Source of the DNA: Chrysomallon squamiferum
Taxonomy: Eukaryota; Animalia; Mollusca
Direction: 5' to 3'
DNA length: 64,000 nt
NCBI GenBank assembly: GCA_012295275.1
Contig: CM022678.1
Span: 13,082,001-13,146,000, forward strand
The notes under the pieces were generated by a model, which saw only the letters and a list, made by a program, of their open reading frames with translations, was not told where the DNA came from and searched no databases. Shown here one piece after another: positions 43,826 to 59,340 of the stretch. The translations under genes and the position numbers were made by a program. Positions within the stretch are counted from its first letter, which is position 1; each line of letters begins with the position of its first letter.

Positions 43826-44379
43826 AAACATATAAGAACTGTAACTCCGATGAATTATGGTTTTAAAAATAAATAAGATTTTCTTTTGAATATTACATTA
43901 AAACGTTATCATATCAATGTCTTTTTTTAATCTTACTCACAGTCGTTCTACTTCTTCTAACTCTTTCTCTTCTACTGTTTTATTATTATTAGAAGTAGTA
44001 GTAGTAGTAGTAATAGTAGTAATAGTAGTAGTAGTAGTAGTTGTTGTTGTTGTTGTTGTAGTAGTAGAAGTCGCAATTGTACAGTGTGTATTGTAGTGTT
44101 TTTGTTGTTGTTTCTTCTTCTTCTTCTTCTTCTTATTATTATTATGTTAATATTTTCTTGTACGTTCTTCTTTCTTCACTCGTGCTTATTGTCACGGCTG
44201 GTATTGTTTGTCTAGTATCTGTCTAGCTATCTGTATGTCTTTCTGTCTGTCTGTCTGTCTGTCTGACTGCGTGTTTGGCTGTCAATCTATTAAATGTATA
44301 ATTTATCTTTCTGTTCTTTTTTATTCTATTTGTCAGCCCGCCGCTGTTAGTTTATCTACTGAATTTATCTTTGTATACC

Positions 44380-44548
44380 TGTGTGAGTGTGCGTGTGTGT
44401 GAGTGTGTGTGTGAGTGTGTGTGTGTGTGTGTGTATGTGTGAGTGTGTGTGAGTGTTTGAGTGTGTGTGTGTGTGTGTGAGTGTGAGTGTGTGTGTGTGT
44501 GAGTGTGTGAGTATGAGTGTGTGTGTGTGTGTGTGAGTGTGTGTGTTT

Positions 44549-44601
<53 letters not shown>

Positions 44602-44622
44602 TGTGTGTGTGTGTGTATGTGT

Positions 44623-44677
<55 letters not shown>

Positions 44678-44921
44678 TGTGTGTGTGTATGTGTGAGTGT
44701 GTGTGTGTGTGTGAGTGTGTGTGAGTGTTTGAGTGTGTGAGTGTATGAGTGTGAGTGTGTGTGAGTGTGTGAGTGTGTGAGTGTGAGAGTGTGTGTTGGT
44801 GTGAGTGTGTGTATGTATGTGTGTGTGAGTGTGTATGTGTGTATGTGTGTGTGTGTCTGTGTGTGTGCGTGTGCGTGTGTGTGTGTATGTGTGTGAGTGT
44901 GAATGTGTGTGTATGTGTGTA

Positions 44922-44976
<55 letters not shown>

Positions 44977-45050
44977 GTGTGTCTGTGTGTGAGTGTGAGT
45001 GTGTTTGTGTGTGTGTGTGAGTGTGTGTTTGTGTGAGTGTGTGTGTGTGT
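44380..45050. repeat. Degenerate (TG)n field, ~670 bp
   Basis: Directly visible. Confidence 0.96.
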
Positions 45051-46965
45051 ATCTGTCTAACTGTACGTCTATATGGATGAAAGAATGTTAAACATTTGAC
45101 TGATAAATAAATTTTAATTAGTTGAAGAAATTAATGAAGAAACAAGATTAAAATCTAGAAAATAGGGAAAAAATTCAAAAATCTGTCTCCATATATTATC
45201 AACAATTTATATGACTCGCCTCTGAAATATTTTAATAAGCTCATAATCTAAATTAAAATAGCGAGCTTGTGTAGGAAGTAAATGTTTGCACGTTGCTGAC
45301 ATGCGCAGTGTAAACAGATTTTCTTGTACCTGTTGTTTATTAAATATGTAATCGTGGAATGATTCATTTAATAATCCGAGGTGATCTGCAGCTGTTTTTA
45401 AAATACACATACCTCCCACGCACTTACAAATAAATAAATATTTAATGCGTGTATTTCAGTTTTGATATTTATTTAACGAGATAGGTATCAGACGATTTAA
45501 TGAACAACACGTTAACGTATCTTTAATAAGCTAATAAAACTGATTTATGTGTTCTTACGTTTTATGTTGCAGGTCAGTGTGTGCTGGAGTGCGGCTTCAC
45601 GTGCATGTAAATACAGGTGTGTGTACATATGTCAGGTTTTTCATGTACATAATGTATGTATGTAAGAGTGGCTGTGTGTTTGTGTGTGTGTTGATGTATG
45701 CATCTGTATACATATTTGTCTACACTTACACAAAATACATTTTATATATAGATATATACACTGCACGTACACACACAAAATAAATGTACATGGACATATC
45801 TATGTGTCCATCTATATATCTATCTGTATTTCTAATTGAATGTGTTTTGTGTAAGTGTGTTTGTGTGCTATATGTATGTTTTTTTCAGTTTGTAAGTGCA
45901 TCTGGATCAACACAGTTTAAGTTTCTCCTAACTGTTTACTGAGACGGACATTCTTACTAAGTATTTACGTTTCTGAAAATACATATTTCTTTGTGTTTAT
46001 TTAACTTGAAAAGCTAAATCACACTGATCATGTAGTCACTGCCGTCAGTGAAACGTGTGCGTGGTGAAAACAGACTTCATCACGTGTTTACGTCACTTGA
46101 AGAGCCTCGGTGTCATTTTGATTCAGTTTGTTTCAGAATGAAGCTGGCATTTCTTAGTTTCGTATAAAGTGCTTAACGACGGTTTGAAAAACGTATTTTT
46201 CTTTCTTGTTTCTTCAAAGGAATAATAAATGTTTGTTTTGACAGGCGTTTAGCATGATTAATATTAGAAATTTTGTATTTTCTTTTTTTAAATTGGAAGA
46301 ATACTTACCAAAAAAAAAAAAAAAAAAAGAAAGAAAGAAAGAAAGAAAAACGAAAAAAGTAGAAGATAAATTGTTATTACATGTTATAAATGGTTTTAGT
46401 GAGAGATTCTTGTTGAGTTCCATCTTTTTTCTTAGTTATAGCACAACAAAATATTTTAACAAAACTATTGTTATGATTATGTGAATAATTTTAGTATGCA
46501 ATTTGATATGCAAGAGTATATTTTAAAATACTTTAGCGATAATAATAATTATTGGTATACGTGTAGAATAAATAAGTTTCCACAGAGACACAGATAAACA
46601 CATATACATATATAAACTTATACATATTCATATAAACATATACATTTATATAGATATCTACATACATCGATAAATACACATACATATACAAACCCATACA
46701 TATACAATCCCATACATATTCAGACATACATACTTATATAGCTATCTACATATATAGATAAATACATATTCATATAGATATACATACTTATATAGCTATC
46801 TACATACATAGATAAATACATATACATATACAAACCCCTACAGCTTCACAAACACACACACACACACGCACACGCACAGGCGCACCTATCTGATATGGGT
46901 GTTTACATACGTAGATAAACACCTAAATTCAAATAAACATACTCATTGTTATAGATACTTACATA

Positions 46966-47294
46966 CAGGTACCGGACCAAGTATCCTGACATCCAGAAAG
47001 ACCTGAAAACCGGACATTTTTCCCCGACGCTATTTTCATAGTTCGAATGCGCGGGTGTTGCCCTCACCAGACGGGAACTACTCTTTCAAGCCGTGTGGCG
47101 TTCATTCACTCGCCGCATTGTTTACGTGTCAAGTCGCCATAGTTGTGTATCGTCAGTTTTTTATGTTTTTAATTTTAAAATGTTTATGCCTAATTATTTT
47201 TGTATTTAGATGCCTTGATACTAGAAAACCGGAAACTCCAGAAATCCTGAATTCTTCAAACCCCAAGGAATCCGGATATTTGGTCCGGTACCTG
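46966..47294. mobile_element. 329-bp MITE (Tc1/mariner-pogo type)
   Basis: TA|CAGGTACCGGACCAAGTATCCTGA ... TCCGGATATTTGGTCCGGTACCTG|TA: 24-bp TIR (22/24 match), TA target-site duplication, subterminal AAAACCGGA motifs, no coding capacity. Confidence 0.88.
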
Positions 47295-47446
47295 TATAAT
47301 ATGTGTCATTTGTATGTCCGGTACCTGTTTAATGTGTGTCATTTGTATGTCTGGTACCTGTATAATATGTGTCATTTGTATGTCCGGTACCTGTATAATG
47401 TGTGTCATTTGTATGTCCGGTACCTGTATAATGTGTGTCATTTGTA
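47283..47446. repeat. 33-bp minisatellite x5 spanning the MITE end and its flank
   Basis: GTCCGGTACCTGTATAAT(A/G)TGTGTCATTTGTAT. Confidence 0.95.
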
Positions 47447-47652
47447 GGTATACAAATGACACACATTATTACTTGTCTTTCTTTCTTTCTCCTTTTCTCT
47501 GTTACTTGTGTAAATTACCTGTCCTTCTTATATATATTGTTCAAGTTACTTCTTTAGTATTTAACTGCTGATTTAAATCTTATAAGAACGACTTCGAATA
47601 CGCTTTTCATTTAAAAAATAAAATTAAAATGTTTTCATATAATTTATTTGAT

Positions 47653-47684
<32 letters not shown>

Positions 47685-47899
47685 AACACACACATATTTA
47701 TTTATGAGTGTGTATGTCTGTATATATGTATATGCATGTCTGTGTGCATATGTATGTGTATAATGTGTGTGTGTGTGTGTATAATGTGTGTGTGTGTGTG
47801 TGTCTTCTTCCTTTATTTTCTATTTAGTATTTAGTATTGTTTTCTTTGGTATTTTTTGTTTTAATATTGGATTATTATTATTATTATTATTACTATTAC

Positions 47900-47957
<58 letters not shown>

Positions 47958-48734
47958 TACTTTTAATCTTATTTTCTTTTGCCATTATGATTCTTATCGC
48001 TTACTTCTTCGCAAGGTTGTAATCAAGGTAAAAATCAAACCAAGGCCGTTTTATCTTCTCCTTCATGTTGATGATATTAGTATCAGATAAAACATTCTTT
48101 TAGAAAGTAGCATAAGTGTTGCTGACAGCTGATTGGACGTCTGGGAGCAGGGAATGCTGGGATTTTTATCCGCCTTCTTCACTATCTTTGTTTTAGTGAA
48201 AATAACCTGCCACTTTTTGTTTCTATCAAATAACAGTGTTAGCAATGTGTCTCCCCTCTAGCTAAATAAAAATTACAGAATCGCTGTGAAAATCTTTGTT
48301 AGAGTGAAACAGTAATGGGTTTTATTTACATTTTAAAATGTTGTTGATTGCCATAGTTTGATAAATAGTTAAACTGAAAAAGAGAATGTGACAGACTGAT
48401 AGGGAGAGACTGACAGACAGTCAGACAGACACTTAGTAAAGAGGTGGACAGAAAATAATCGAGACTGACAGAAGAGTATGACACAAACAGATAGACAGAT
48501 AGACATATAAATATAGATAGATAGATAGATAGATGGATAGACAGATAGACATATAAATATAGATAGATAGATAGATGGATAGACAGAGAGACATAAAAAT
48601 ATATAGATAGATAGATACATAGATGGACAGACAGACAGATAGATAGATGGATGGATAGACAGATAGGCATATAAATATAGATAGATAGATTAGATGGTCA
48701 AAAAGAGAGCTAAATGGATGGGCAGTTGATGACT

Positions 48735-48882
<148 letters not shown>

Positions 48883-49079
48883 CGTTTATTTGAAGTAAAT
48901 ATAAATCCACCAGGAAAAGAAAAGTCTCAACAAGTCACTGCTTGTTTTATGGTTTTATTTAACAGTGTTTGTAAATAGCTGTACTCAGCTATAACCTACC
49001 ATGTGACAACATTCCAACGTTCAGGCATTTTCTTTTCGCTCTACCAGCAGTAAACAGCCTACAAACAAACCTGCTGTCA

Positions 49080-49176
49080 TCACCAGGAGGCAGGGAGATA
49101 ACTCTGACTGATTGATTTGATTGGTCGATTTATGACCAATCGCGTCATCACTCTGGTTACGACGAAAATGGCTGCC
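49080..49176 (+). promoter_or_regulatory. Promoter-like module: inverted CCAAT pair, CRE half-site, YY1 motif
   Basis: GATTGGTC 49119-49126 and GACCAATC 49134-49141, CGTCA, AAAATGGCTGCC 49165-49176, weak CTCF-like TCACCAGGAGGCAG 49080-49093. Confidence 0.4.
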
Positions 49177-51925
49177 AGTGATTATATTTCTAAAACAAAA
49201 ATAAAAAATAAATTCTTTTTTTTTTCATAAAGCTAATTATGTCTGTGGGATATTTGAAAAAAGAAAAAAAAATGTTATACGGATAATGATAACAGTTTAT
49301 TAAATAAAATTTAGTTTGATTTATTTGTTCTGATGATAAGATTGTGTATAATAAATAAAATACAAAACGAAAAAGTACACAGGACTGCCCCATACACGAT
49401 CTTTTAGCTTCCAGTGCTTCACATTTCATCTCCACATTTCATCTTGCATTCCTGCTGAAACTTCCAGTTGCTTATTAAGATACTTATATTTGTTTTAAAA
49501 ACGTATCTCATGACAGCAGATTCCGCATCTGTCCAAATTAACAAAAATTAGTTTCATTACCTGACTGCCGTAGCCGTTTCTGACACACAACACACAACCC
49601 TGGAACCGCCTGACCAGTTTACACACAGAAATAACGACGAGGAAAAATTCGTTAATTCATTTGAAAATACTCAGCGATCCCAGCAAGCCCTTGTATTGAT
49701 TGTACAGAAAATGAAAAACATTCTGTTCTTTTTTTTACACAGACGTTAATTGATGATACTTGTATAACTGGTCTCAATAAACAGTTTAAATATCTCTTTG
49801 TTTATCTATCTGTCTGTCTCTCTGGCTATGACTGGGTTTTTTATCTGTTTGTTCCTCTGTTTATCAGTTTGTGTAGCTGTCTCTAAATCTGTCCACGAAT
49901 ATAAGTTTTTATCTCTCCATGAGCCTGCATATATGTTGTTGCTTTGTTCGTTTTTTGTTTTGTTTTTTAAATCGTTTGTTTTACGTTTTTCATTTTGAAA
50001 GTTAAATCCTCCACATTGTTCATCTCCTCGTTTGCCTAACTTCCAGCTCACGCGTAAAATGTCATTTTTTTTGTTTCCTTTTTATATTTTTCTTTTCCTC
50101 TGTTCTTTTTTCCTCCATGTCTATTATTTTCTTTTCTTCGATTTTTGTATAACCTTGATGATAAATTACATGTAAGCTTTTATTCGTTTTCCTTTCATTT
50201 TAGCATTATTTCTTTCATCATTTCTCTTCTTTTTTCTCTTGTCTTTACATTATATATTCTTTCACTTTATATATATATACACACACACGTGTGTGTGTGT
50301 GTGTGTTTGTGTGTGTGTAGGGCCATTATAAACTGCTTTTATCTTTTCAGATTATATTTATAACTTCTGATCTGTTGAGTACGATAGACATGATCTGATA
50401 AAAGGATAAGAGAAAAATGTTTTGCTTTTTAAATATATTTGTTATTGAGCTTCTTAATTTTCAACACGACCACCGTCGTAATGGACACAAATCATGACAC
50501 AATTCTGAAATTCTAGAAATTTGTAGCTTATTTTCAGTCATATTTAGATACCAGCGAAAATACCCAAAGAAACTGACAGAGAGCATATAACTAATGAAAA
50601 TTACATTATTTTTGCACTCGGTGATATATATATTTATATATCTGTCAAAGCGTAATAAGCTGATAAAGAAAAAATTCTAACATATCTGTGTATTAATTCA
50701 ATCTGACACTTCAAACATTCACGCTTTCGCTTTCTCTGATAAGTCGCAGTGTCGTGAACACTGCAGCGCTTTTTAATGCTTGAAAGTTTTGCTTTTAAAA
50801 AGGATAATGTCTGAGACAGGTGTGTTGTTGAAATTGTCAGAGCGGTTCTGAAATAAACAACTCCGTGCTCGGGTTTCTTCGACACTGCAGAATTCCGAAC
50901 ACGTAAAACTGACGCACGTGACTCAGTTCAGAAAGAGCACGTGAGTACAGAGCTGCAGGCGTCTGACTATCAGTTTGTCAACCAGTTTAAACTCCTCAGT
51001 TACGTGCTTTGTCTTGTGTTTCTCTTAAGTAAATACAAATAAATAAATTATATACATCATACATACACACACATACATACATACACACATACATGCATAC
51101 ATAAATACATACATACATATATAATAAATAAAAAATTAGTAGCAGTACGAGGAGTTTACATAGTAGTAATAACAATATCATTAGTCGCAGTAATACTAGT
51201 AATGTTAGTAGTAGGAGGAGAAATTGTAGAAATAGAAATAAAATGAAAGAAAGAAGAAAGAAACTAAAGATTTTACTGTTTTTGTGTATATTTGTACTCC
51301 ACTAAAAAAAAGTAGAAAAACAAAAGAAGAAAATTTAAAAAAGATATGGAAACATAGTGTTGTTGTTATTATTATTATTATTATTATTATTAGTTTTATT
51401 AGTTTTATTAGTAGTATTTGTAGCAGTAGTAGTAGTATTAATAGTGCTAGAAGAAGACGAAGAAGAAATGATGATAATAGTAGAAAGGGAAAGAAAGAAG
51501 GAAAAACGAAATGAGATAAAGATAAAAAGTTAAGCTGTTTTCGTGCTGACAGAAAGTAATTAACCATCTTATGATGAATTGGTTAAAACTGGTTTCTCTT
51601 CTCTTACTTCATTTTCTTCACACACACCACAAGAAAAAAGCAACAGTAAAAAAGCTCTCTTTATGACAAGTTACAGCTGATAAACCAGGTTACTCACAGA
51701 CGTTTTACACCTAGAAATATGAACAAAATGTATTAATGGATGTACCAGTTGTTTTTCTCCAAGTTCAAGGCCAAAAAATATTAAGAAAAAACAAAATTAA
51801 AAACTAAAATAACTGAAGATAAATTTGTTAGACAACGTGAAGACATTGTTTCAAAGATTATCAAATACAGCAGCAAGTTTTATCTTCGAAATCAACAACT
51901 GAAACTTAAGTTTATGGTCGATAAA

Positions 51926-52480
51926 ACACACACAGACACATACACACATACACATACATACACACATACACATACATACACACATACATACACACATACA
52001 TACACACACATACACACATCCATACATACACATACATACACATACACAGACACATACACACATACACATACATACACACATACACATACATACACACATA
52101 CATACACACATACATACACACACATACATACACACATACATACATACATACATACACACACATACACACATACATACATACACATACATACACACACACA
52201 GACACATACACACATACACATACATACACACATACATACACACATACATACACACACAGACACATACACACATACACATACATACACACATACACATACA
52301 TACACACATACATACACACATACACACATACACACATACACATACATACACATACATGTACACACATACACTCATATATACACACACACATATACACTCA
52401 CATACATACATACACATACACACACACATATATACAGACATACACACAAACACACACAGACAAATACACACACAGACACT
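51926..52480. repeat. Degenerate (CA)n/(CATA)n field
   Basis: Directly visible. Confidence 0.95.
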
Positions 52481-53185
52481 CATGCAGACACGTACGTAAG
52501 AGATGATACAGAAAATATTAACGTTCATCTGACAAACTAATGAACTGCGCTGAAAATTCATCAGTTATACACGTGTATGATCTGTTATATATTTCTCACA
52601 GACTGCATCACTACAGACAGATGAAAGATAAAAGAGTAGTAATAGAATGCGACTGGTAGAAACAGAAAAACGCGAAGACAAACTCTCTGCGTTTGAATGC
52701 ATATTACAGCAACTGTCAGTCATAAAACTAATTAAACTTCATGACATTTGACCTTTGCTCCAATGAAAACATGTCAACAACTGGCCTCATACTGGGCGGG
52801 GGTGATAATACAGCGGAAAATGTAAGCTGGGAATAGGGAAAACAAAATAACGCTTTTCAGTGGCGAACCAATTAGCCGTTAAATTGACTCTTTCCTTCTT
52901 GTTAAAACGAAAAAGAAAAAACTCAGGACCTCTCTAGTGGGGAAAATTACAAATGTCAAGAGGTTAATATTTTTGTTTTTCTTTACATAAGAGTTAACAA
53001 GCAACAGATGGCCAATACACAGCTTTCTTCGTGGTCTCGGCTTCCCGTGAATGTAAAAATTAGTTTTATTGGCTGAAGTTTGATGTGTTGACCCTTCCCA
53101 GTGTAAGCAGTTCTGAAATGAATTAGATTTCGTGATCGCAGAGCGCTGTATCGTCAGTATGCAGAAAACAAATATGTTATTACTC

Positions 53186-53263
53186 TATGTATGTGTGTGT
53201 GAGTGTGTGGTGTGTGTGTGTGTGTGTGTGAGTGTGTGTGTGTGTGTGAGTGAGTGAGTGTGT

Positions 53264-53330
<67 letters not shown>
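53186..53330. repeat. (TG)n microsatellite
   Basis: Directly visible. Confidence 0.95.
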
Positions 53331-53334
<4 letters not shown>

Positions 53335-54774
53335 AGTACGTGATCTGCGAGTGTGAATGTTGTGTAGATGTGCGTTTGTGCTGATGTTTGTATGTGTTTT
53401 TGAATGATGATGCGCACACTGATACACCGTTCACAAAGCCACACATACGCACGTGCACTTTGAACTTATTATGACTTAAGATACTGTCCTGGTAAAATAT
53501 TGAACAAACAAACGTCACACCAAATTTCATCCCACATTTCACGGTTTAATGATTAGCATATCTGCGTGCACGCCCTGTTATGCATGACCACTGGCATCAA
53601 ACTCTCTTGAAAGAAGAAAGCGGGTCATAGAGTGCAGACACACAGCAACACGCCACAAGTACACAACTCATGTTTACAAAGTTGTAACGTTATATGACGC
53701 CAGAGAGACAGAGATTGTAACATCACAGAAATACGACACAGAAGAAAATAAACTATAAAATATGATGTTGGTTTGTTACTAGACTAACCAGAGGAAATTA
53801 TTCTTTGAAACTGTATTTTTTTCCTTTGATAGCTGTTCGTTGGGTAGTTTGCGTTATAAAGAAGAAACGAAAGTGTACGTGCGTGTGTGTATGTGTGTGT
53901 ATGTTTGTATTATGTCTGTATCATACGAGTGTGTGTTATGTATGTATAATATGTGTTTGTATGTATATGTCTGTGTTATGTATTATGTGTTATGTGTTAT
54001 GTATTGTGTTATGTGTTATGTGTTATATATTATGTGTTATGTATTATGTGTTATGTGTTATGTATTATGTATAGTCTGATATTATCTGTGTGTATGTGTA
54101 TTGTATAATATGTGTGTTTGTATATATATATATATATATATCATGAACGCAAGTAGACATGCAGATTTATATATGTACTTTTAGCCATAGACTTGCATAC
54201 TGAAAACAATAATTTCATTACATAAACATTCGCCATTTAAATACTCAAAAAAGCTGTTTCATAATAATATACCATTCTTTAAAACGTAACTACCTTTTCT
54301 TGAACGTTTGACTTCTAGTTACAGTATTTTTAATTGTATTATGTCCATAAAACAAACCAAAGCCAAAAATAACCGAATGTTTTATCGTCACAAATAAAAT
54401 CTTTTTTTATTTTGTGCATGATGCATGTTTTCAGCTGGCGTTATTTTGATGGTAGTAAAAACAACTTAAAAAATGACGTTTCCAGGAACTGTAGAAAATA
54501 TAAACACAAATTTTAGTGTTGGAAAAACATTCTGCTTTTGAAGGAAGAGGCAGAATATTTTTCTTCTTCTTTATATATGTACTTACAGTAATTTGCAGAT
54601 TTTTGTGCCTATTTATTTTATCATTTTTACGTCCTTTGTTCTGGTTTTTTTCAGCTGTTTCTTTATTGTGGGGGGGGGGTTTCTTTTCGAAAACAGGCTT
54701 TGCTAAAACATTTAGAAATTAATTATTTATCTTGGTGATACTTTAGGTATGTTTCTTAAAATGTCCTTCAGCAT

Positions 54775-54827
54775 ATAGATAGATAGATAGATAGGTAGAT
54801 AGCTAGATAGAGAGATAGGTACGTAGG

Positions 54828-54873
<46 letters not shown>

Positions 54874-54998
54874 CATACATACATACATACATACATACAT
54901 ACATACATACATAGGTAGGTAGATAGACACATAGATCGAAAGAGAGACACACATATATATATATACACACACATACAGACAGACAGATAGGCAGATAG
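54775..54998. repeat. (GATA)n/(CATA)n compound tetranucleotide repeat
   Basis: Directly visible. Confidence 0.93.
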
Positions 54999-55657
54999 AT
55001 AAATACAACAATTTCCAAAGTGAAGTGAGAGAGATTACAGAAAAAATGTATTAAGTTACCGAATATTATCGAATAAATTATATACGTATAGAGAGATAGA
55101 CAGATAGAGAAATACATAAACATTTTAGATTAAATTCAGATATATTGATACGTAGAAACAGAAAGAAAATAGATTGGATTGAAAAATATGTACATCCTTA
55201 CTAACAGAGCAGCATCATTAGTAGTAATTTTGTAGTAACAGTAATAGTAGTAGCAGCAGTGACTAGTGCTACTAGTAGATGTTGTAATAGTAACATTAGT
55301 AGTTCTGTTTCTCCTATCACAAGTACTAGATGTAGAATCACTGTAACTTCAGCGGTAATAATAATAATAATAATAATCATATTAATAATAATAATAACAT
55401 AACAATAACAACAATAAAATAATATAATAACGACAACAATAACAACAATAAAATAATATAATAACAACAATAATAATAAACAATAACAGTAAACAATTAA
55501 TATAATAATAATAATAAGTAACAAATAATAATAACAGTAACAATAAATAATAATAATGATAATTAACAAATAATAATAACAATAACAATGAATAATAATA
55601 ATAAGAATATGAGAGAGACCAGTGAGTTACAACTGTGTTACATTACAGACAAGTTAC

Positions 55658-55859
55658 AGACAAATAAGAAACAAGTCGTGTAACTTCAGACATATTAGTA
55701 GACAAATAAGAAACAAGTCATGTAACTTCAGACATATTAGTAGACAAATAAGAAACAAGTCATGTAACTTCAGACATATTAGTAGACAAATAAGAAACAA
55801 GTCATGTAACTTCAGACATATTAGTAGACAAATAAGAAACAAGTCATGTAACTTCAGAC
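55658..55859. repeat. 42-bp minisatellite, ~4.8 copies
   Basis: AGACAAATAAGAAACAAGTCATGTAACTTCAGACATATTAGT. Confidence 0.96.
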
Positions 55860-56986
55860 CTCTCCAGATGTGACGAAAACAAACGTGTACTCTTCCTGCG
55901 CGTACTTTTTAGTTTCATTATTGGCTTCATTAGAACGAACGCTACACGGATATACCAGCCATTAATAACGAATATCCTGGGGCAGATTCTGATCTTCTGA
56001 AGCGAGAATTTGTTATTAATAATATCAGATAACGTATCACTTTGCTTTTCAAAACTTCCTGCGTCTTGAGGTAACGGTTTCGTACACAGGGTAGCTATAA
56101 AGACAGTTTATATTTTCACTCGCTGAATGTAGTTCTGTATAAACAATGTCTGCTGATTATTTTAAGAAATAATTCAATAGAGAGATAGAATCTGGCATCT
56201 TTACTCACAGAATTGTTGGCAAGAAAGTTAGAAATTTAATAATAGTGTCATGCTTTGTTAAAATAATTTTTAACGTTCCATAGAACGCTGTTAATTATTA
56301 CTTCATTTATGTTTTCTTTACCAGTGTATTAGTCATCTCAGATATTACTCAGAGACCAATCATATATATTTTTATGTATTTATTTAATATACGGATATGT
56401 ATGTGTATGTTTCTGTATGTATATATGTATATGTCTGTATGTGTCTGTGTGTATATATATATATATATATACACAGATATACGTAATACATACATATTTA
56501 TATATATATAACAGATGCATACAAACATACATACATACAAACATATATGCAGCAAACTTCATATTGTATATATATAAAGCAACTAAGACAAAACTTACTG
56601 GTAAAGAAAGAAAAATGTTCCGTTACATTAGTATAATTACAGAAGCATGGCTATTGTTTTGTAATAAATACTGTTATCTGACACAATGAACCGAAAACTA
56701 CCTGCAGTACGTATTAAAGGTAAATTACGTTTTGATGATTTGTGGATGATGGAGGCTGGAAAGAAAACGTCAGTTCTCTCATGATAGTTGAAACGTTCAC
56801 ACGACGAACAATATAGTAACACGTAACACACGTGCGAAATACGTTAGTTATGGAAAAAATAAATCGTATGACGTCGTATTGAAAGAATTAAAAAAGAAAA
56901 AGAAAAAGAAAAAGGATTTGTGTGGGGTAGTCTTCTTCTTTGTTAATCTTTCTCTCTGTAGCTCTGTGTCTCTTTTTATGTGTTCG

Positions 56987-57240
<254 letters not shown>

Positions 57241-57596
57241 GCTCCGACTACATCTGTTACTACATCTAAAACTCACATTATTATGTTTTTATGTACATAT
57301 ATATAACATTCTGAAGCAACTGTCCTCGTTATGTGAAATGTTCAGAGAGATGAAGTTTTCAACCTGATTCTATCAGTTGGTTTAGTGTGTTTAAAAGCGC
57401 GCGGTGCCAGCAGCTCGGGTCACGTGGTAACACTGACTGTGAAACAAACATTTCACCGCTGTAAAGTCGCCCACTCGTTTTCAAAACAGTTTTATTTGCT
57501 GTAAGGTTTGCGGGTCAAAGAAATCATTTTATTTCATGTCACTTTTTCATCTCAGTTTCACCAGGACTTTTTCTTTCTGTTATTCCTCCTCCTCCT

Positions 57597-57693
<97 letters not shown>

Positions 57694-58636
57694 CTCCTAA
57701 CGGCTGTCTCCTTTCATATTCTGTTTCTCCTCACCTCTTCTGTCTCCTAACAACAATCTTCTTCCCATTTCTGTCTAACAGCTATTAATTCTTTCTGTTT
57801 CTTAACCAGCTCATTTAGCTTTCTATCTTTTCAGAGCCAACTTACTTTCTACTTCTTACTTTCTGCTTTCAGGCTGTTTCTGGTTTCCAAAAAATTCTTT
57901 TTCTTCTGTTATTTTCATTCCAGTCTTTCCATTAACGTTTTCATTTCATTTCCAATTCATTTTCATTACAGTTCCGTCTTCTCTGGGCGGTCGCCTAACA
58001 TCGCATCCCAGAAACTAACTTTTAACACAAACATTCACGAAAAAGAAAAAAGAAAAAATATATATATTTCTCTTCGGTCCGGGCAATGTATAAACAAACA
58101 AACCAAAGATGATACCAGATCTTTTTTCGTTCAGTATATTGCAGCAAGGCTTTGATTTAGTTAAACGAGCGGGCATCAAGTCTTCACAGCGGACGAAACC
58201 AATAAATAAGATTTCTTTACCAGGACAGGAGTAACGATTATACTCGAAAACAAAAAGAACTGACTCAGAGAACTGTGAACGACAGAAGAAGGAGTCCGGT
58301 GTGGAAGGCTGAGACTTTCTCTCTTTCTACCCGAGCTGATTGCAACTGCAGCTTCTCTTGCTGGAGTCGTTGACAGACAGATCGGTTTATAAACAGTTGT
58401 TACCCGGGAGATGGCGAGAAGGAAATGTTGTTTTAATTGTAATCTGTCTTATTTGTGACGCCAACGTAAACACGGATTTAGCGATTGTTATATAATTACT
58501 TTTTTGTTGTTGTTGTTTGTTTACAAAATACTTCAGTACCCCTGTACCACATAAAAATGATTTCAATCATAATGTTTCTGACAGAAATGCTTTAGTGTAT
58601 ATGTGTTTTCAGTTGTAGTTAGACAGGATGTAGACT

Positions 58637-58652
58637 CACACACACACACACA

Positions 58653-58724
<72 letters not shown>

Positions 58725-59096
58725 CACTAGTGTACAATAATTCTACAACTAGCCCTGCTAGTTACTACCGCACCTGCTACTATTACTACTACTTCTACTT
58801 CTACTCCTACTACTACTATTACTACTACTATTACTACTACTACTACTTCTACTCCTACTACTACTATTAATACTACTACTACCACTACTATTACTATTTC
58901 TGCTACTACTACCACTATTACTACTTCTACTACTACTACTACTACTACTTCTACTACTAGTACTACTACTATTGCTAATACTATTACTACTACTACTGCT
59001 ACTGCTAGTACTACTACTACTACCACAACCATTAATACTATTGTCTGCTGCTACGATCAAAGCGGCTATTACTATTTCTAGTATTACTATTATTGT

Positions 59097-59128
<32 letters not shown>

Positions 59129-59340
59129 TTACTGCTACTTCTTTTTCAGTTATGGTTACTAACACTATTACCATCCCTGTCGTTGTCACTAGTACTAATA
59201 ACACTATCAAACCACTTTTACTATTTCTTCTATCTCTACTACTATACTAATACCATCACTATACCAACTTCAACTATTTTTGCTACTTCTGCTACTACTA
59301 CTAGTGCTACTATCACAATCTACTACTGCTGCTAGTATTA
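58637..59340. repeat. (CA)n, (ATT)n and degenerate (ACT)n field
   Basis: Directly visible. Confidence 0.9.
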
